Assembly: GCA_963663225.1 (NCBI GenBank)
Contig: OY760142.1
Location: forward strand, 544,001-608,000
Direction of reading: 5' to 3'
Length of the DNA stretch: 64,000 nucleotides
From: Nitrospirota bacterium
Lineage (GTDB): Bacteria; Nitrospirota; UBA9217
The translations under genes and the position numbers were made by a program. Below are positions 33,476-42,903 of the stretch, piece after piece (the stretch's first letter is position 1; every line of letters starts with the position of its first letter). A model generated the notes under the pieces. It searched no databases. It was not told the DNA's origin and worked only from the letters and a program-made list of their open reading frames with translations.

Positions 33476-34417
33476 ATGAGAAAAGACACTGGCAATAAGG
33501 CATTTGAGAATAACGATATTGCGGCGGCGCTGGAAACCCTCAGAATGAGCATATCCCGATTGACCGATAAAGACCAGATACTCGAGACCGCGGTTCCAGG
33601 CTTGTTGCTTTATCAGCACACTGCGCCGACCCAACCGCATAACGCCATGTACGAGCCGTGCGTTTGCCTGATCGCGCAGGGAGCCAAGCGTGCGATGCTC
33701 GGAGATGATACTTTTGTATATGACAAACACCATTATCTTATCGCGTCCGTACATTTACCCACTATGGTGCAGATTTTTAAAGCAAGCCGGGAAAAGCCTT
33801 GCCTGGGAATGGTGTTGAAACTTAATCAGCGCGAGATTTCACAGCTGATGGTGGACAGCAGTCTCCCGCAGCCACGCGCGCAGCAATCCGGCCGGGGCAT
33901 GCTGATAGGAGAAGTAACCCTGTCGCTGCTCAATGCCTTTGAACGGTTGATCGAGTTGCTTGATGAACCGAAGGATATCCCGATACTTTCGCCCATAATC
34001 CAGCGGGAAATATTTTACCGGTTGCTTGTGGGCGATCAGGGAGCCAGCCTGCGCCAGCTAGCGTCGACAGGAAGTCAGAGTCATCAAATAGCGCAGGCAA
34101 TCCAATGGTTGAAAACTAATTTCATGGAACCGTTACGCATCGATGATCTTGCAATGCAGGTTAATATGAGCGCCTCGACTTTCCACCATCACTTCCGGAC
34201 GCTTACGGCCATGAGTCCGCTGCAGTACCAAAAATGGCTGCGCTTGAATGAAGCACGGCGACTGATGCTTGCCGAAAATCAGGATGCTTCAACCGCGGCT
34301 TTCCGGGTCGGCTATGAAAGTCCGTCCCAATTCAGCCGCGAATACAGCCGCCTATTCGGCGTGTCGCCGCTGCGAGATGTCACCAATTTGCGACAAATGG
34401 CCACTGTTGAAGCATGA
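33476..34417 (+). CDS. AraC-family transcriptional regulator (AraC_N + HTH, YqhC-like)
   Basis: YEPCVCLIAQGAK, REIFYRLL, MSASTFHHHF...MSPLQYQK.LRL, VGYESPSQFSREYSRLFG; SD AAGGAGG. Confidence 0.94.
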   Translation: MRKDTGNKAFENNDIAAALETLRMSISRLTDKDQILETAVPGLLLYQHTAPTQPHNAMYEPCVCLIAQGAKRAMLGDDTFVYDKHHYLIASVHLPTMVQIFKASREKPCLGMVLKLNQREISQLMVDSSLPQPRAQQSGRGMLIGEVTLSLLNAFERLIELLDEPKDIPILSPIIQREIFYRLLVGDQGASLRQLASTGSQSHQIAQAIQWLKTNFMEPLRIDDLAMQVNMSASTFHHHFRTLTAMSPLQYQKWLRLNEARRLMLAENQDASTAAFRVGYESPSQFSREYSRLFGVSPLRDVTNLRQMATVEA

Positions 34418-34511
34418 TGGTAAACAGAGAAGAGAACCTAGGAATTGCCGGAGCGAGACCCTGAAATTTGGAGGTAAGGAAAAGCTGTAAGTTAATCTTT
34501 TACTATTTCCG

Positions 34512-35309
34512 TTATTGTTGCTTGTCGATTCCAACACCCTGCTGTGTCCGTTCCTTTTTTTGTGCCACTAAGATTAATGTCTCACCATAGAATAATTCAT
34601 CCGACATAATAGTTCTGTAAATATCTGAAAAATCTCCACGCCTGCGTTTTTTGTCACGATAATTTTTGTAGACATAGCAAAGTTTAAAAAGAGGTTTTAA
34701 GAGCATAGAAAAGATATGTTTTGAACTGTATATATTGGCGTGCACTTCCTGAATGGAGAAACCGGAGCTCTCGAGAATAAATTGCAGTTCAAAATAGGAG
34801 ATGGGGGCAATATGAAAAACTTTTAAATCGTGATCGCAGGATTTTTCGAGGACCAACGGCCTTTTGAAAAACTCGTATCTCGCCTCCCAGAAGAACCGAA
34901 ACCGTGATTTGAAATTAATAATATTGGGTGTTGATATGATTAAGAACCCTTTTGGTTTTAATATTCGATGCAGATTTCTTGCGAGTATCCATTGATTTTC
35001 GAGATGCTCCACTCCTTCTATACAAATTGCAATATCATAGTCGTTTTCGTTCACCGGCAAATCAGGTTGCGTTAAATCTAGTTGCATGACGGTGAGTTTT
35101 TCCTGCTGTCGGTCGAGTTTAAATTGATCGGTATTTATATCGCCTGCCGTCACCATCTTGCCGAGAGAAAGAAGTTTTTTCGTGATTGCCCCCTGTCCCG
35201 TAGGCGCATCAAAAATTTTATCCGCTTGAAGCTTATTCACAATTTCCAAAACCTTATCGTGCACTGCCGGAGAGGCGAGTTCTTCTATAGCTCCAAGTTC
35301 TCTATTCAT
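34512..35309 (-). CDS. Class I SAM-dependent methyltransferase (AT-rich gene)
   Basis: Motif I variant FDAPTGQG, YDIAICIEGVEHL, LKPKGFLIISTPN; SD AAGGAG. Confidence 0.85.
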   Translation of the reverse strand: MNRELGAIEELASPAVHDKVLEIVNKLQADKIFDAPTGQGAITKKLLSLGKMVTAGDINTDQFKLDRQQEKLTVMQLDLTQPDLPVNENDYDIAICIEGVEHLENQWILARNLHRILKPKGFLIISTPNIINFKSRFRFFWEARYEFFKRPLVLEKSCDHDLKVFHIAPISYFELQFILESSGFSIQEVHANIYSSKHIFSMLLKPLFKLCYVYKNYRDKKRRRGDFSDIYRTIMSDELFYGETLILVAQKKERTQQGVGIDKQQ

Positions 35310-35705
35310 AATAATTCTTGCTCCCTTTCCACAGCACTTCTAAACCTTAAATTAAATAAAGGCTGATTACTTTCGTCTGCGGTCGCTTTATTATTTACTG
35401 GCATCCTCTACGGCAGGCGCCAGTAGATTCCATGGCGCAGGGGTTGAATTATAGAGTTACTCCGAAAGTTATTGCATGGGTGAACAGGTGAAGCTTTTGG
35501 GTTGTTAAGGATCTATCGAAAATTGTTGCCGCTTTTTTCAATAACCTTATTATCTGGAACGACTAATCTTTTAATTCCCTGCAAATATAGCAAGCAACTG
35601 CAATCTGCCCTCCAGAAGTTTGAGGAATGGGGTTGAGACACTGGACAAGATTAGCACGGTCCAGTGTGAAGGAAGAACGGTATGTCTTGCAACTTGTTGA
35701 ATAAT

Positions 35706-35781
35706 TGGTGGACGAGAAGGGATTCGAACCCTCGACCCCCGCATTGCGAACGCGGTGCTCTCCCAGCTGAGCTACTCGCCC
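35706..35781 (-). tRNA. tRNA-Ala (anticodon CGC)
   Basis: GGGCGAGTAGCTCAGCTGGGAGAGCACCGCGTTCGCAATGCGGGGGTCGAGGGTTCGAATCCCTTCTCGTCCACCA: 76-nt cloverleaf with the G3:U70 Ala identity pair, anticodon loop TT-CGC-AA and encoded CCA. Confidence 0.98.
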
Positions 35782-35918
35782 CCGGTTTAGAAGGCGGCTA
35801 TAATCTAATCTATCGAATGAAATAAATCAAGAAAAAAAACAGGAACCGGCCTTCTGTCTTGAAGCCGGCTGCATTCTTTTCTTCCATTATATTAGATCAT
35901 GATGGTTTTCCAGCCTTA

Positions 35919-35947
35919 TTGACAAATCAGGCCATCTCAGCTATAGT
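35919..35947 (+). promoter_or_regulatory. Strong sigma70 promoter for the small basic protein / LpoA-like operon
   Basis: TTGACA-N17-TATAGT. Confidence 0.75.
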
Positions 35948-36005
35948 GTGCAGACTTATCCGGCGTAACGGAAGTGACCAGTTTTTGAAAGGAGACCTAC
36001 TTAGT

Positions 36006-36116
36006 ATGCGTGAAAGACAGAAGGAAATCAACCGCAGACGGAAACGCAGAGAAGAAACCCTGAAGCTGCGGCGCAAAACAGCAAAGGCTGAAGCAGCGGC
36101 CAAAAAAGGGAAATAA
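36006..36116 (+). CDS. 36-aa highly basic small protein (resembles DUF6800)
   Basis: MRERQKEINRRRKRREETLKLRRKTAKAEAAAKKGK. SD AAAGGAG and a consensus promoter lie upstream; the stop is 3 nt before the next ATG. The longer TTG-start ORF (35859) begins upstream of the promoter. Confidence 0.75.
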   Translation: MRERQKEINRRRKRREETLKLRRKTAKAEAAAKKGK

Positions 36117-36119
36117 CCC

Positions 36120-38042
36120 ATGCCGTCCTCATCGCGCCGCTCCCTCACTGGTCTTCTGCTCGTGGCAGTGTGTCTGGCCATGCTCCTGCCCCTCGGCTGT
36201 GCACCGACGCTTCCGCCCGAACCGCAATGGGAACTCGATGCGACCACCCTTCTGGACCAGGCCGATGCGCTGTATGCCAGACGGCAATACGAGCAGTCTG
36301 CAAAAACCATAAACAGTTTTCTCTATAAATATCCGTCCAGCAGACACCGGGACCGGGCGCTTTTTCTTCTGGGAGAAATCCGGATCACGCAGCGTGACTA
36401 CCGGCAGGCACTGAACTATTACAAACAAATCATCCAGGATTTCCCGTCCTCGTTTCGCATCATTGACGCCAAGTATCGGCTCGGTGTTTGCTATTTCGAA
36501 CTGAAGGAATACGATCTGGCCATTGCCAATCTTGAAGACCGGAGCAGGATTTCCGACCCGGCTCAGCTGCGGCGCATTGCCGACATGCTTTCCACGGCAT
36601 ACCTGGCCCAGAAGAAGTATCTGCCGGCAATAAAAGAATTTCTTGTTCTGTCAGAAACTGCACAAAACGACCGCCAGCGGTCAGGCTATCATGACCGTAT
36701 TCGCGAGATTGTCGATAAAAGTCTGACCGTGCAGGAATTAAAAACTCTTGCGGCAGGCACAACATACCCCGCGGACGCGGCGCAGCTTCGCCTCGCCGGA
36801 CTGCTGATCGAGCAACGGAAATACCGCGACGCTGTTTCTGCCGGCAAAGAATTTCTCCAAAGGTATCCCTCGCATCCTGAGAAAACCCGCGCTGAAATGC
36901 TCCTGAACGAAGCCACATCGTCGCTTGCAAGTCCGAGATATGCCATTGCGGCGCTGTTGCCCCAGTCGGGGCGCGCTGCTTTCTTCGGCGATCGGGTGCT
37001 TAAAGGCGTTCAGCTCGCCGTGCACACTTATAATTTGCAGAACCCCGACAGCAGAGTGGAACTTATCGTCAAAAATACCGAAGGCGTTCCCGAAAAAGCG
37101 GTTGCTGCCTTGCATGAAGCGGCATCCAAGGGAATTGTGGCAGCCATAGGTCCTTTGCTCACCAAAGAAGCGGAAGCGCTGGTCCCCGTGCTTGACAGAT
37201 TGAAAATTCCCGTGATCACCCCGGCAGCGTCCGGAGCAGGCATTGGAAAAATCAGCCCCTGGCTGTTCAGAAACGCCCTTACCAATGCAGGGCAGGCCGC
37301 GGCCGCGGCCCAGTACGTGCTTGATCAGCATCTGAAGAGAATCGTGGTCTTTTATCCCGACGATGCATACGGCAAGGATTTGGCGCATCTCTTCGCAAAA
37401 TATCTGGAGCGGAGGTCCGACATCCTGGCCTCAGTCTCCTACCCGTCGGAAATCAAGGATTTCGGCCCCTATATCCGCAAAATAATCGAGATAGACCTCC
37501 GGTCGAGAAAGATTCCCATTCCCGAGGACGAAGCAACGCGAAAAAAGCTTTTCCTTGAGTATTCTCCGAGTTTCGGCGCGCTGTATCTTCCCGGCCATGC
37601 GGAGCGGGTCGGGCTGCTGATTCCACAGCTCGCGTATTACAATATCAAGGACACAACCATAATCGGTTCGAACGACTGGCATTCGACAGATCTCATCGAG
37701 CGGGCCGATAGGTATGCCGAAGGCGCTGTTTTCACCGACGGGTTCTATCCCGAGAGCGACGCTCCCGCAATCAAACAGGTCGTCGACGCCTACCGGTCGG
37801 CATATCAGGAAGAGCCTGACATCCTCTCTGCCCAGGCGTACGATGCGGCCATGATGGTTTTCTCGCTCCTGAAGGAACGAAAAGATACTCCGCAGGCGGT
37901 CCGCGACGGCCTGCTCTCCATAAAAAATTTCCCTGGTATTTCGGGGAGCACCACGTTTCCGGGCAATGGAGAGGCCCAGAAAAAGCTTTTCTTTATCAAA
38001 GTACAGAACGGCAAATTCGTCCTGACCAGCGGCGCGCAATAG
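36120..38042 (+). CDS. Lipoprotein with TPR (BamD-like) repeats and a periplasmic-binding-protein domain; LpoA-like penicillin-binding protein activator
   Basis: Lipobox LPLGC, several TPR/'YPxS' repeats, then LLPQSG...IGPL...AQAYDA...FPGISG.T (LivJ/LpoA C-domain). Confidence 0.82.
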   Translation: MPSSSRRSLTGLLLVAVCLAMLLPLGCAPTLPPEPQWELDATTLLDQADALYARRQYEQSAKTINSFLYKYPSSRHRDRALFLLGEIRITQRDYRQALNYYKQIIQDFPSSFRIIDAKYRLGVCYFELKEYDLAIANLEDRSRISDPAQLRRIADMLSTAYLAQKKYLPAIKEFLVLSETAQNDRQRSGYHDRIREIVDKSLTVQELKTLAAGTTYPADAAQLRLAGLLIEQRKYRDAVSAGKEFLQRYPSHPEKTRAEMLLNEATSSLASPRYAIAALLPQSGRAAFFGDRVLKGVQLAVHTYNLQNPDSRVELIVKNTEGVPEKAVAALHEAASKGIVAAIGPLLTKEAEALVPVLDRLKIPVITPAASGAGIGKISPWLFRNALTNAGQAAAAAQYVLDQHLKRIVVFYPDDAYGKDLAHLFAKYLERRSDILASVSYPSEIKDFGPYIRKIIEIDLRSRKIPIPEDEATRKKLFLEYSPSFGALYLPGHAERVGLLIPQLAYYNIKDTTIIGSNDWHSTDLIERADRYAEGAVFTDGFYPESDAPAIKQVVDAYRSAYQEEPDILSAQAYDAAMMVFSLLKERKDTPQAVRDGLLSIKNFPGISGSTTFPGNGEAQKKLFFIKVQNGKFVLTSGAQ

Positions 38043-38129
38043 TATCCCCGCCCCGTTTGTTGCTGACAATGCCCCGATAGTTCTTTAGTTTTTCAATATC
38101 TGTTCAACGTTGTAATAACCTGAAATATT

Positions 38130-38864
38130 ATGGAAGAACTGAACACCATACAAACAATCGCGGTCATGGCACTCCCACTCGTGGTCGCCATTGTTCTACA
38201 TGAAGTAGCTCATGGTTGGGTAGCAAACAAACTAGGTGACCATACGGCACGCGACATGGGCAGACTTACCTTAAATCCGCTTCCGCATATAGACCTTATC
38301 GGCACTATCATTATGCCGCTTGCCTTGTTCCTGCTCACAAATGGGCAAATGCTATTTGGCTATGCCAAGCCTGTTCCAATCAATCCTTACAATTTCAAAG
38401 ACCCCAAAAAAGATATGGCATATTCATCTCTCGCCGGACCGGGTATCAACATGGCCATGGCACTCTTCTTCGCATTCATCCTACGCGTACTCATGCCTAC
38501 ATTGGAGGACATGGTCCCTACTAAAGTTTGGGAATGGATAGCGATTCCTGTAGCCCTCATGTTGGCTTACGGCGTCCTTATTAATGTTATACTCGCCGTG
38601 CTGAACATGATCCCCATACCACCGCTCGATGGAAGCAGGGTTGTGTACTGGCTCCTCCCAAATAGGCTCGCAGCAGCATACTATGGGCTTCAACCCTATA
38701 TTATGAAGGGATTTTTTTATTTGTTTTTGATTCATATATTGTTAACATTTATAAACGCAAGTACTTTCAGCCCTTTGCTTTATATATTTAAGTTATTGGA
38801 ATTGATAATATATCCCGTTATTAAGCCATTACTTCAGCTACTTTTAGGTGGTAATGCAATATAA
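38130..38864 (+). CDS. Site-2 protease (peptidase M50, YwhC-like)
   Basis: HEVAH zinc motif, GRLTLNP, GYAKPVP, NMIPIPPLDG; upstream of trpS as commonly seen. Confidence 0.92.
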   Translation: MEELNTIQTIAVMALPLVVAIVLHEVAHGWVANKLGDHTARDMGRLTLNPLPHIDLIGTIIMPLALFLLTNGQMLFGYAKPVPINPYNFKDPKKDMAYSSLAGPGINMAMALFFAFILRVLMPTLEDMVPTKVWEWIAIPVALMLAYGVLINVILAVLNMIPIPPLDGSRVVYWLLPNRLAAAYYGLQPYIMKGFFYLFLIHILLTFINASTFSPLLYIFKLLELIIYPVIKPLLQLLLGGNAI

Positions 38865-38966
38865 GTTCTAACCGCCTAGATCGCTGTATATTTTTTGTAT
38901 TTCGAGCTCTACTTTTTAAAATTTTTTTCTGATACACCACACTCTAATTGGACAAAAGGATGTACC

Positions 38967-39950
38967 ATGGCGAAAAAGAGAGTCTTAAGCGGCATGCAGC
39001 CGAGCGGTAAGCTGCACCTCGGCAACCTCATGGGAGCGCTCGACAACTGGCAGAAGATCCAGGACCAGTATGAGTGCTACTACTTCATCGCTGACTGGCA
39101 TGCCCTTACCAGCAACTACGCCGACACGTCGAACATCAGGAACTATATCGCCGAAATGGTCACGGACTGGCTTGCAGCGGGACTTGACCCCGAAAAGTCG
39201 GTATTGTTTCAGCAGTCTCTTGTTCCGGAGCACGCGGTGCTCCATCTCCTGTTTTCCATGTCCACGCCCCTCCCCTGGCTCGAACGCGTCCCGACGTACA
39301 AGGAAAAAATGGACCAGATCCAGGACAAGGACATGCATACCTACGGTTTCCTTGGGTATCCGGTGCTGCAGGCCGCGGACATCCTGATCTACAAGGCCGA
39401 TTTCGTTCCCGTCGGGATTGATCAGCTGCCGCACCTTGAACTTACCCGGGAGATCTGCCGCAGGTTCAATTCCTTTTACGGCGAAGTGTTTCCGGAGCCC
39501 CAGCCGCTGATGACCGAGTATCCAAAGGTCCCCGGCATAGACGGCAGAAAGATGAGCAAAAGCTATAACAACTGCCTCTACCTTTCTGAAAGCCCGGAAG
39601 AAATATCCAGAAAGATAATGCAGATGGTCACCGATCCGGCCCGCGTGCGCCGGCAGGACCCTGGAAACCCGGATGTTTGTCCTCTGTTTGCGCTTGATAA
39701 AATATTCGCGCCGCAGTCGTGGTGCGAACAGGTGAATGTGGAGTGCAGACGCGCGGGAATCGGCTGTGTGGATGACAAGAAAGAACTGTTAAAACATCTT
39801 CTCGCGTTTCTCAAGCCGATGCAGGAGCGGAGAAAAAAGCTTGCCGAACATCCGAAGGACGTTATGGAGATCATTCAGGAAGGCTCCCGCCGCGCGCGAA
39901 CTGTCGCAGCCAAAACCCTGGCAGAAGCAACCGCCGCGATGAAGCTGTGA
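38967..39950 (+). CDS. trpS: Tryptophan--tRNA ligase
   Basis: SGMQPSG.LHLGN (HIGH-like), YPVLQAADIL, VPVGIDQ, KMSKS. Start set at MAKKRVL behind AAGGA. Confidence 0.97.
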   Translation: MAKKRVLSGMQPSGKLHLGNLMGALDNWQKIQDQYECYYFIADWHALTSNYADTSNIRNYIAEMVTDWLAAGLDPEKSVLFQQSLVPEHAVLHLLFSMSTPLPWLERVPTYKEKMDQIQDKDMHTYGFLGYPVLQAADILIYKADFVPVGIDQLPHLELTREICRRFNSFYGEVFPEPQPLMTEYPKVPGIDGRKMSKSYNNCLYLSESPEEISRKIMQMVTDPARVRRQDPGNPDVCPLFALDKIFAPQSWCEQVNVECRRAGIGCVDDKKELLKHLLAFLKPMQERRKKLAEHPKDVMEIIQEGSRRARTVAAKTLAEATAAMKL

Positions 39951-40059
39951 GCGGATTTTTTCTCCATGCAGAAAAGGCGCTGGTTCATGCAATGCATCTC
40001 TTTGCGGACTCTGCCGCATCGTGAGCGTGATGTTTGGTCTGCCTCTGCCTGAAAAATCC

Positions 40060-40088
40060 TTGACAATGCTGTACGTCTCCCCTATTAT
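40060..40088 (+). promoter_or_regulatory. Putative sigma70 promoter of the polyprenyl synthase operon
   Basis: TTGACA-N17-TATTAT. Confidence 0.7.
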
Positions 40089-40123
40089 TCAAGCAGCATT
40101 CCCCGGACCCCAGGAATAATTGC

Positions 40124-41107
40124 ATGATTACGACCCTTCAGGACGTCCTCACAGAATACAAGTCCGACATGGAGCGCATGGAGCGCAGGATCCATGAAAG
40201 CCTCGGCACGGAAATTCCCCTTATCAAGGAAGTCAGCAGATATATCCTCGGCTCGGGCGGCAAACGCTTTCGTCCGTTGCTGCATCTCCTGTCAGCACGG
40301 CTCTGCGGCTACCGGGAGCATGATGCAGAATATCTTATCGGAAGCATCATGGAGTTCCTGCACACCTCTTCCCTTCTGCACGATGATGTTGTCGACGATG
40401 CGAAACTCAGACGGGGCCGTTCCTCCGCCAACTCCATTTGGGGAAACCAGGCCAGCATTCTTGTGGGTGACTACCTCTACTCGAAAGCGCTGTATCACGC
40501 CGTCCGGCTTGAGAACCAGCGCATTATGGCCGTTCTTTCAGAAACGACCACCGTCATGTCGGAAGGCGAAGTGCTCCAGCTGATGCATATCCAGAATCCA
40601 GACATCACCGAAGCGGATTACTTCAGGCTCGTCGAATGCAAAACGGGCGTCCTCATCGCGGCATCCTGCAGGCTCGGCGCAATCATCAGCAGGGCCCCGT
40701 TGTCCCAGGAAGACGCCCTCACGGCATACGGCAAAAAACTCGGGCTGGCGTTCCAGATTACGGATGATACGCTTGATTATGCCGCTGATCAGTCACAACT
40801 CGGCAAAGTTCTGGGAAAAGACCTCGCCGAGGGCAAAGTCACGCTTCCGCTGATCTATCTCATGCGTGAGGCGGCCCCGGAAGAGCGAAAAAATCTCCAT
40901 GGCATCCTGCAGGCTGACGCAGTCAACGACGCAGATCTCGCCTCTGTGCTGGGGCTCATGAAAAAATACGCTTCGGTTGCGAAGTCCCTCGAAAAGGCGC
41001 AGCAGTTTTCCAACGAAGCGAAGGCAGCTCTGGATCTGTTTCCGGACACGCTGCACCGCCGTGCCCTCACGGCGCTTGCGGATTACGTGATACAACGGGA
41101 GATGTAA
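40124..41107 (+). CDS. ispB: All-trans polyprenyl (octaprenyl-type) diphosphate synthase
   Basis: GGKRFRP, FARM DDVVD..LRRG, KT, SARM FQITDDTLD, GKDLAEGK.TLP. Confidence 0.9.
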   Translation: MITTLQDVLTEYKSDMERMERRIHESLGTEIPLIKEVSRYILGSGGKRFRPLLHLLSARLCGYREHDAEYLIGSIMEFLHTSSLLHDDVVDDAKLRRGRSSANSIWGNQASILVGDYLYSKALYHAVRLENQRIMAVLSETTTVMSEGEVLQLMHIQNPDITEADYFRLVECKTGVLIAASCRLGAIISRAPLSQEDALTAYGKKLGLAFQITDDTLDYAADQSQLGKVLGKDLAEGKVTLPLIYLMREAAPEERKNLHGILQADAVNDADLASVLGLMKKYASVAKSLEKAQQFSNEAKAALDLFPDTLHRRALTALADYVIQREM

Positions 41108-41108
41108 T

Positions 41109-41618
41109 ATGCACCCCCTTGTCGCGCTGGCAAAGGAAACTGTTGAGCTCTATGTTCGGGAGCGGAAAGTCCGCGAAATTCAGGAACACGAGCTTTCGCC
41201 CGACATGCAGGGCAGGGCAGGCGTTTTTGTCTGCCTGAAAATACGGGGGGTGCTTCGCGGCTGTATCGGGACGTTCCAGCCGCAGGAACCGACCATAGGG
41301 CACGAAACGATCAGAAATGCCATCAGCGCCGCCACTTGTGATCCCCGTTTTCAATGCCTGCGTGAGGAAGAACTCGGCCAGGTGGAGTACACGGTCGATG
41401 TTTTAACACCTCCCGTGCCGGTTGCGGACAAAAGCGAGCTTGATCCCCGGCACTACGGGATCATTGTTCAGGCAGGGGGCAGGCGGGGCCTGCTTCTGCC
41501 GGACATCGAAGGAGTGGACACCGTTGCGCTCCAGATCAGCATCGCCATGCAGAAAGCGGGCATCCCACCGGGAACGCCGGTGGAACTGTCGAGATTTGAA
41601 GTAAAACGCTACCATTAA
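41109..41618 (+). CDS. AMMECR1-domain protein (AmmeMemoRadiSam system protein A type)
   Basis: GVFV, LRGCIGT, NAISAA..DPRF, GLLLP, KAGI motifs. Confidence 0.92.
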   Translation: MHPLVALAKETVELYVRERKVREIQEHELSPDMQGRAGVFVCLKIRGVLRGCIGTFQPQEPTIGHETIRNAISAATCDPRFQCLREEELGQVEYTVDVLTPPVPVADKSELDPRHYGIIVQAGGRRGLLLPDIEGVDTVALQISIAMQKAGIPPGTPVELSRFEVKRYH

Positions 41619-41724
41619 ACAGCAAGGGCCGTGACTCCTTCCATTCTTTCGAAATCAAACAAGGATGAAGGCAGGGCGGAAAAATTACCCGTTTTTGTGA
41701 AGATTACAGGAAGGAAAAGAATCA

Positions 41725-42057
41725 ATGGAAAAAATAGACAGGGCTGAAAAAAAAGACACGCAAAAAGCAAAAATCATTTTTCTCTCGCTTGCAGCACTGG
41801 TTGCCATCCTTCTGGTCTGGAGTGTTGTTTCCATGAACAAGGCCCGGTCCGAGCGGGATGCAGCACGGCAGGAAGCGGAAATGCTCAGGCAGGACAATGC
41901 CAAACTTGAACAAATGGTCAAAGACTTGAGCCAGGACAATGCCTTCCTCAAGAAAAAGATCGAGCAGCTCCAGGTAAAACCCAAGGCAAAACCGGTCGCA
42001 AAGAAGAAGACCAAAACCGCCACCAAAAGCAGTTCATCGAAAAAAACAACGAAATAG
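41725..42057 (+). CDS. Hypothetical single-pass membrane protein with coiled coil and Lys-rich tail
   Basis: One TM helix, a heptad-rich segment and a basic C-terminus; purine-rich SD-like sequence upstream. Confidence 0.7.
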   Translation: MEKIDRAEKKDTQKAKIIFLSLAALVAILLVWSVVSMNKARSERDAARQEAEMLRQDNAKLEQMVKDLSQDNAFLKKKIEQLQVKPKAKPVAKKKTKTATKSSSSKKTTK

Positions 42058-42313
42058 ACCCTGCAAGCATTGTTGTTTCCGCATCGCATTCCGGGCGGCA
42101 GACGCGCGGCCAATGACCGCGTTTCAATGCAGCCGGGATGCGGTAATCAGCCGGACGCAAAATCCGGACGAACAGCACTCCGAAAGGTGAACTTTCGCTC
42201 CACCCCGGCATTATGTATCAGAGGAATTTGCTGCGGATAATGAGGCACGAACGAATTGTCCACACCAGGGGTTTGTGAAATATTCCTGCCGTGACATCTG
42301 CAACGCGCACCTG

Positions 42314-42892
42314 CTAGTCCTGTTCTCTGAGCCATCCGGGAGGCACGCCGGCCTTGCGCGCTTCCTCGGGAATAACCTTTTCCACCTCATTTCGGGCGCT
42401 GTCAATTTCCTGCTGCACGACCGCCATTTCCTGCTCGATGCGATCAGCTTCCAGTTTTAATCCTATATTCCCGGAAGCTCCTCCTGCCCATCGTGCCATT
42501 GCCGCATTTCGCTTTTCGTTAAGCTCCTGATACCGCTGCTGAGCGTCCGCAAGACGTTTCCGGGCCTGCTTCAGACGCTGCTGCCATTCTTCTTTTCGTT
42601 CTTGCTCAGAAAGTTCATCATTGCCCGTGTCGGCTGGTCTGGTTATTTTTTGCTGCTGATCAGAGTCTTTGTCGGGCGTTGATTCTTCAACCCTGAGAGT
42701 TTTGCTGCGATATTGCTTCGGAACCGCGCCCAGATCATCAGTGACATGCACGACTCCCCTGTCGTCAGTCCACTGATACAGATAACTTTTTTGCGGCTCC
42801 TTGCCCGCTGGTTGGTCCGTTGGTCCGGTCTGGGCAAAAAGCGTGCCGGAGACAAACAACAGAATTGCAGCGGCAACAGTTATCAGGCGCAT
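42314..42892 (-). CDS. Exported DUF4124-domain protein
   Basis: Signal peptide; YQWTDDRGVVHVTD...VP..Y motif, coiled coil, C-terminal ARKAGVPPGWLR; SD AAGGAG. Confidence 0.82.
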   Translation of the reverse strand: MRLITVAAAILLFVSGTLFAQTGPTDQPAGKEPQKSYLYQWTDDRGVVHVTDDLGAVPKQYRSKTLRVEESTPDKDSDQQQKITRPADTGNDELSEQERKEEWQQRLKQARKRLADAQQRYQELNEKRNAAMARWAGGASGNIGLKLEADRIEQEMAVVQQEIDSARNEVEKVIPEEARKAGVPPGWLREQD

Positions 42893-42903
42893 AGCTGCTC
42901 CTT

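Noticed and set aside
34512-35309. Methyltransferase as part of a DNA defence system
   Set aside because: It lacks DPPY/NPPY or PC catalytic motifs of DNA methyltransferases and looks like a small-molecule or glycan methyltransferase.
35859-36005. TTG-start extension making the small basic protein 85 aa
   Set aside because: It begins upstream of the consensus promoter; the SD supports ATG 36006.
42060-42310. RNase P, SRP, 6S or tmRNA gene in this spacer
   Set aside because: None of the hallmark sequences (e.g. GAGGAAAGTCC of RNase P, tRNA-like ends of tmRNA) were found; kept only as an unexplained hairpin.
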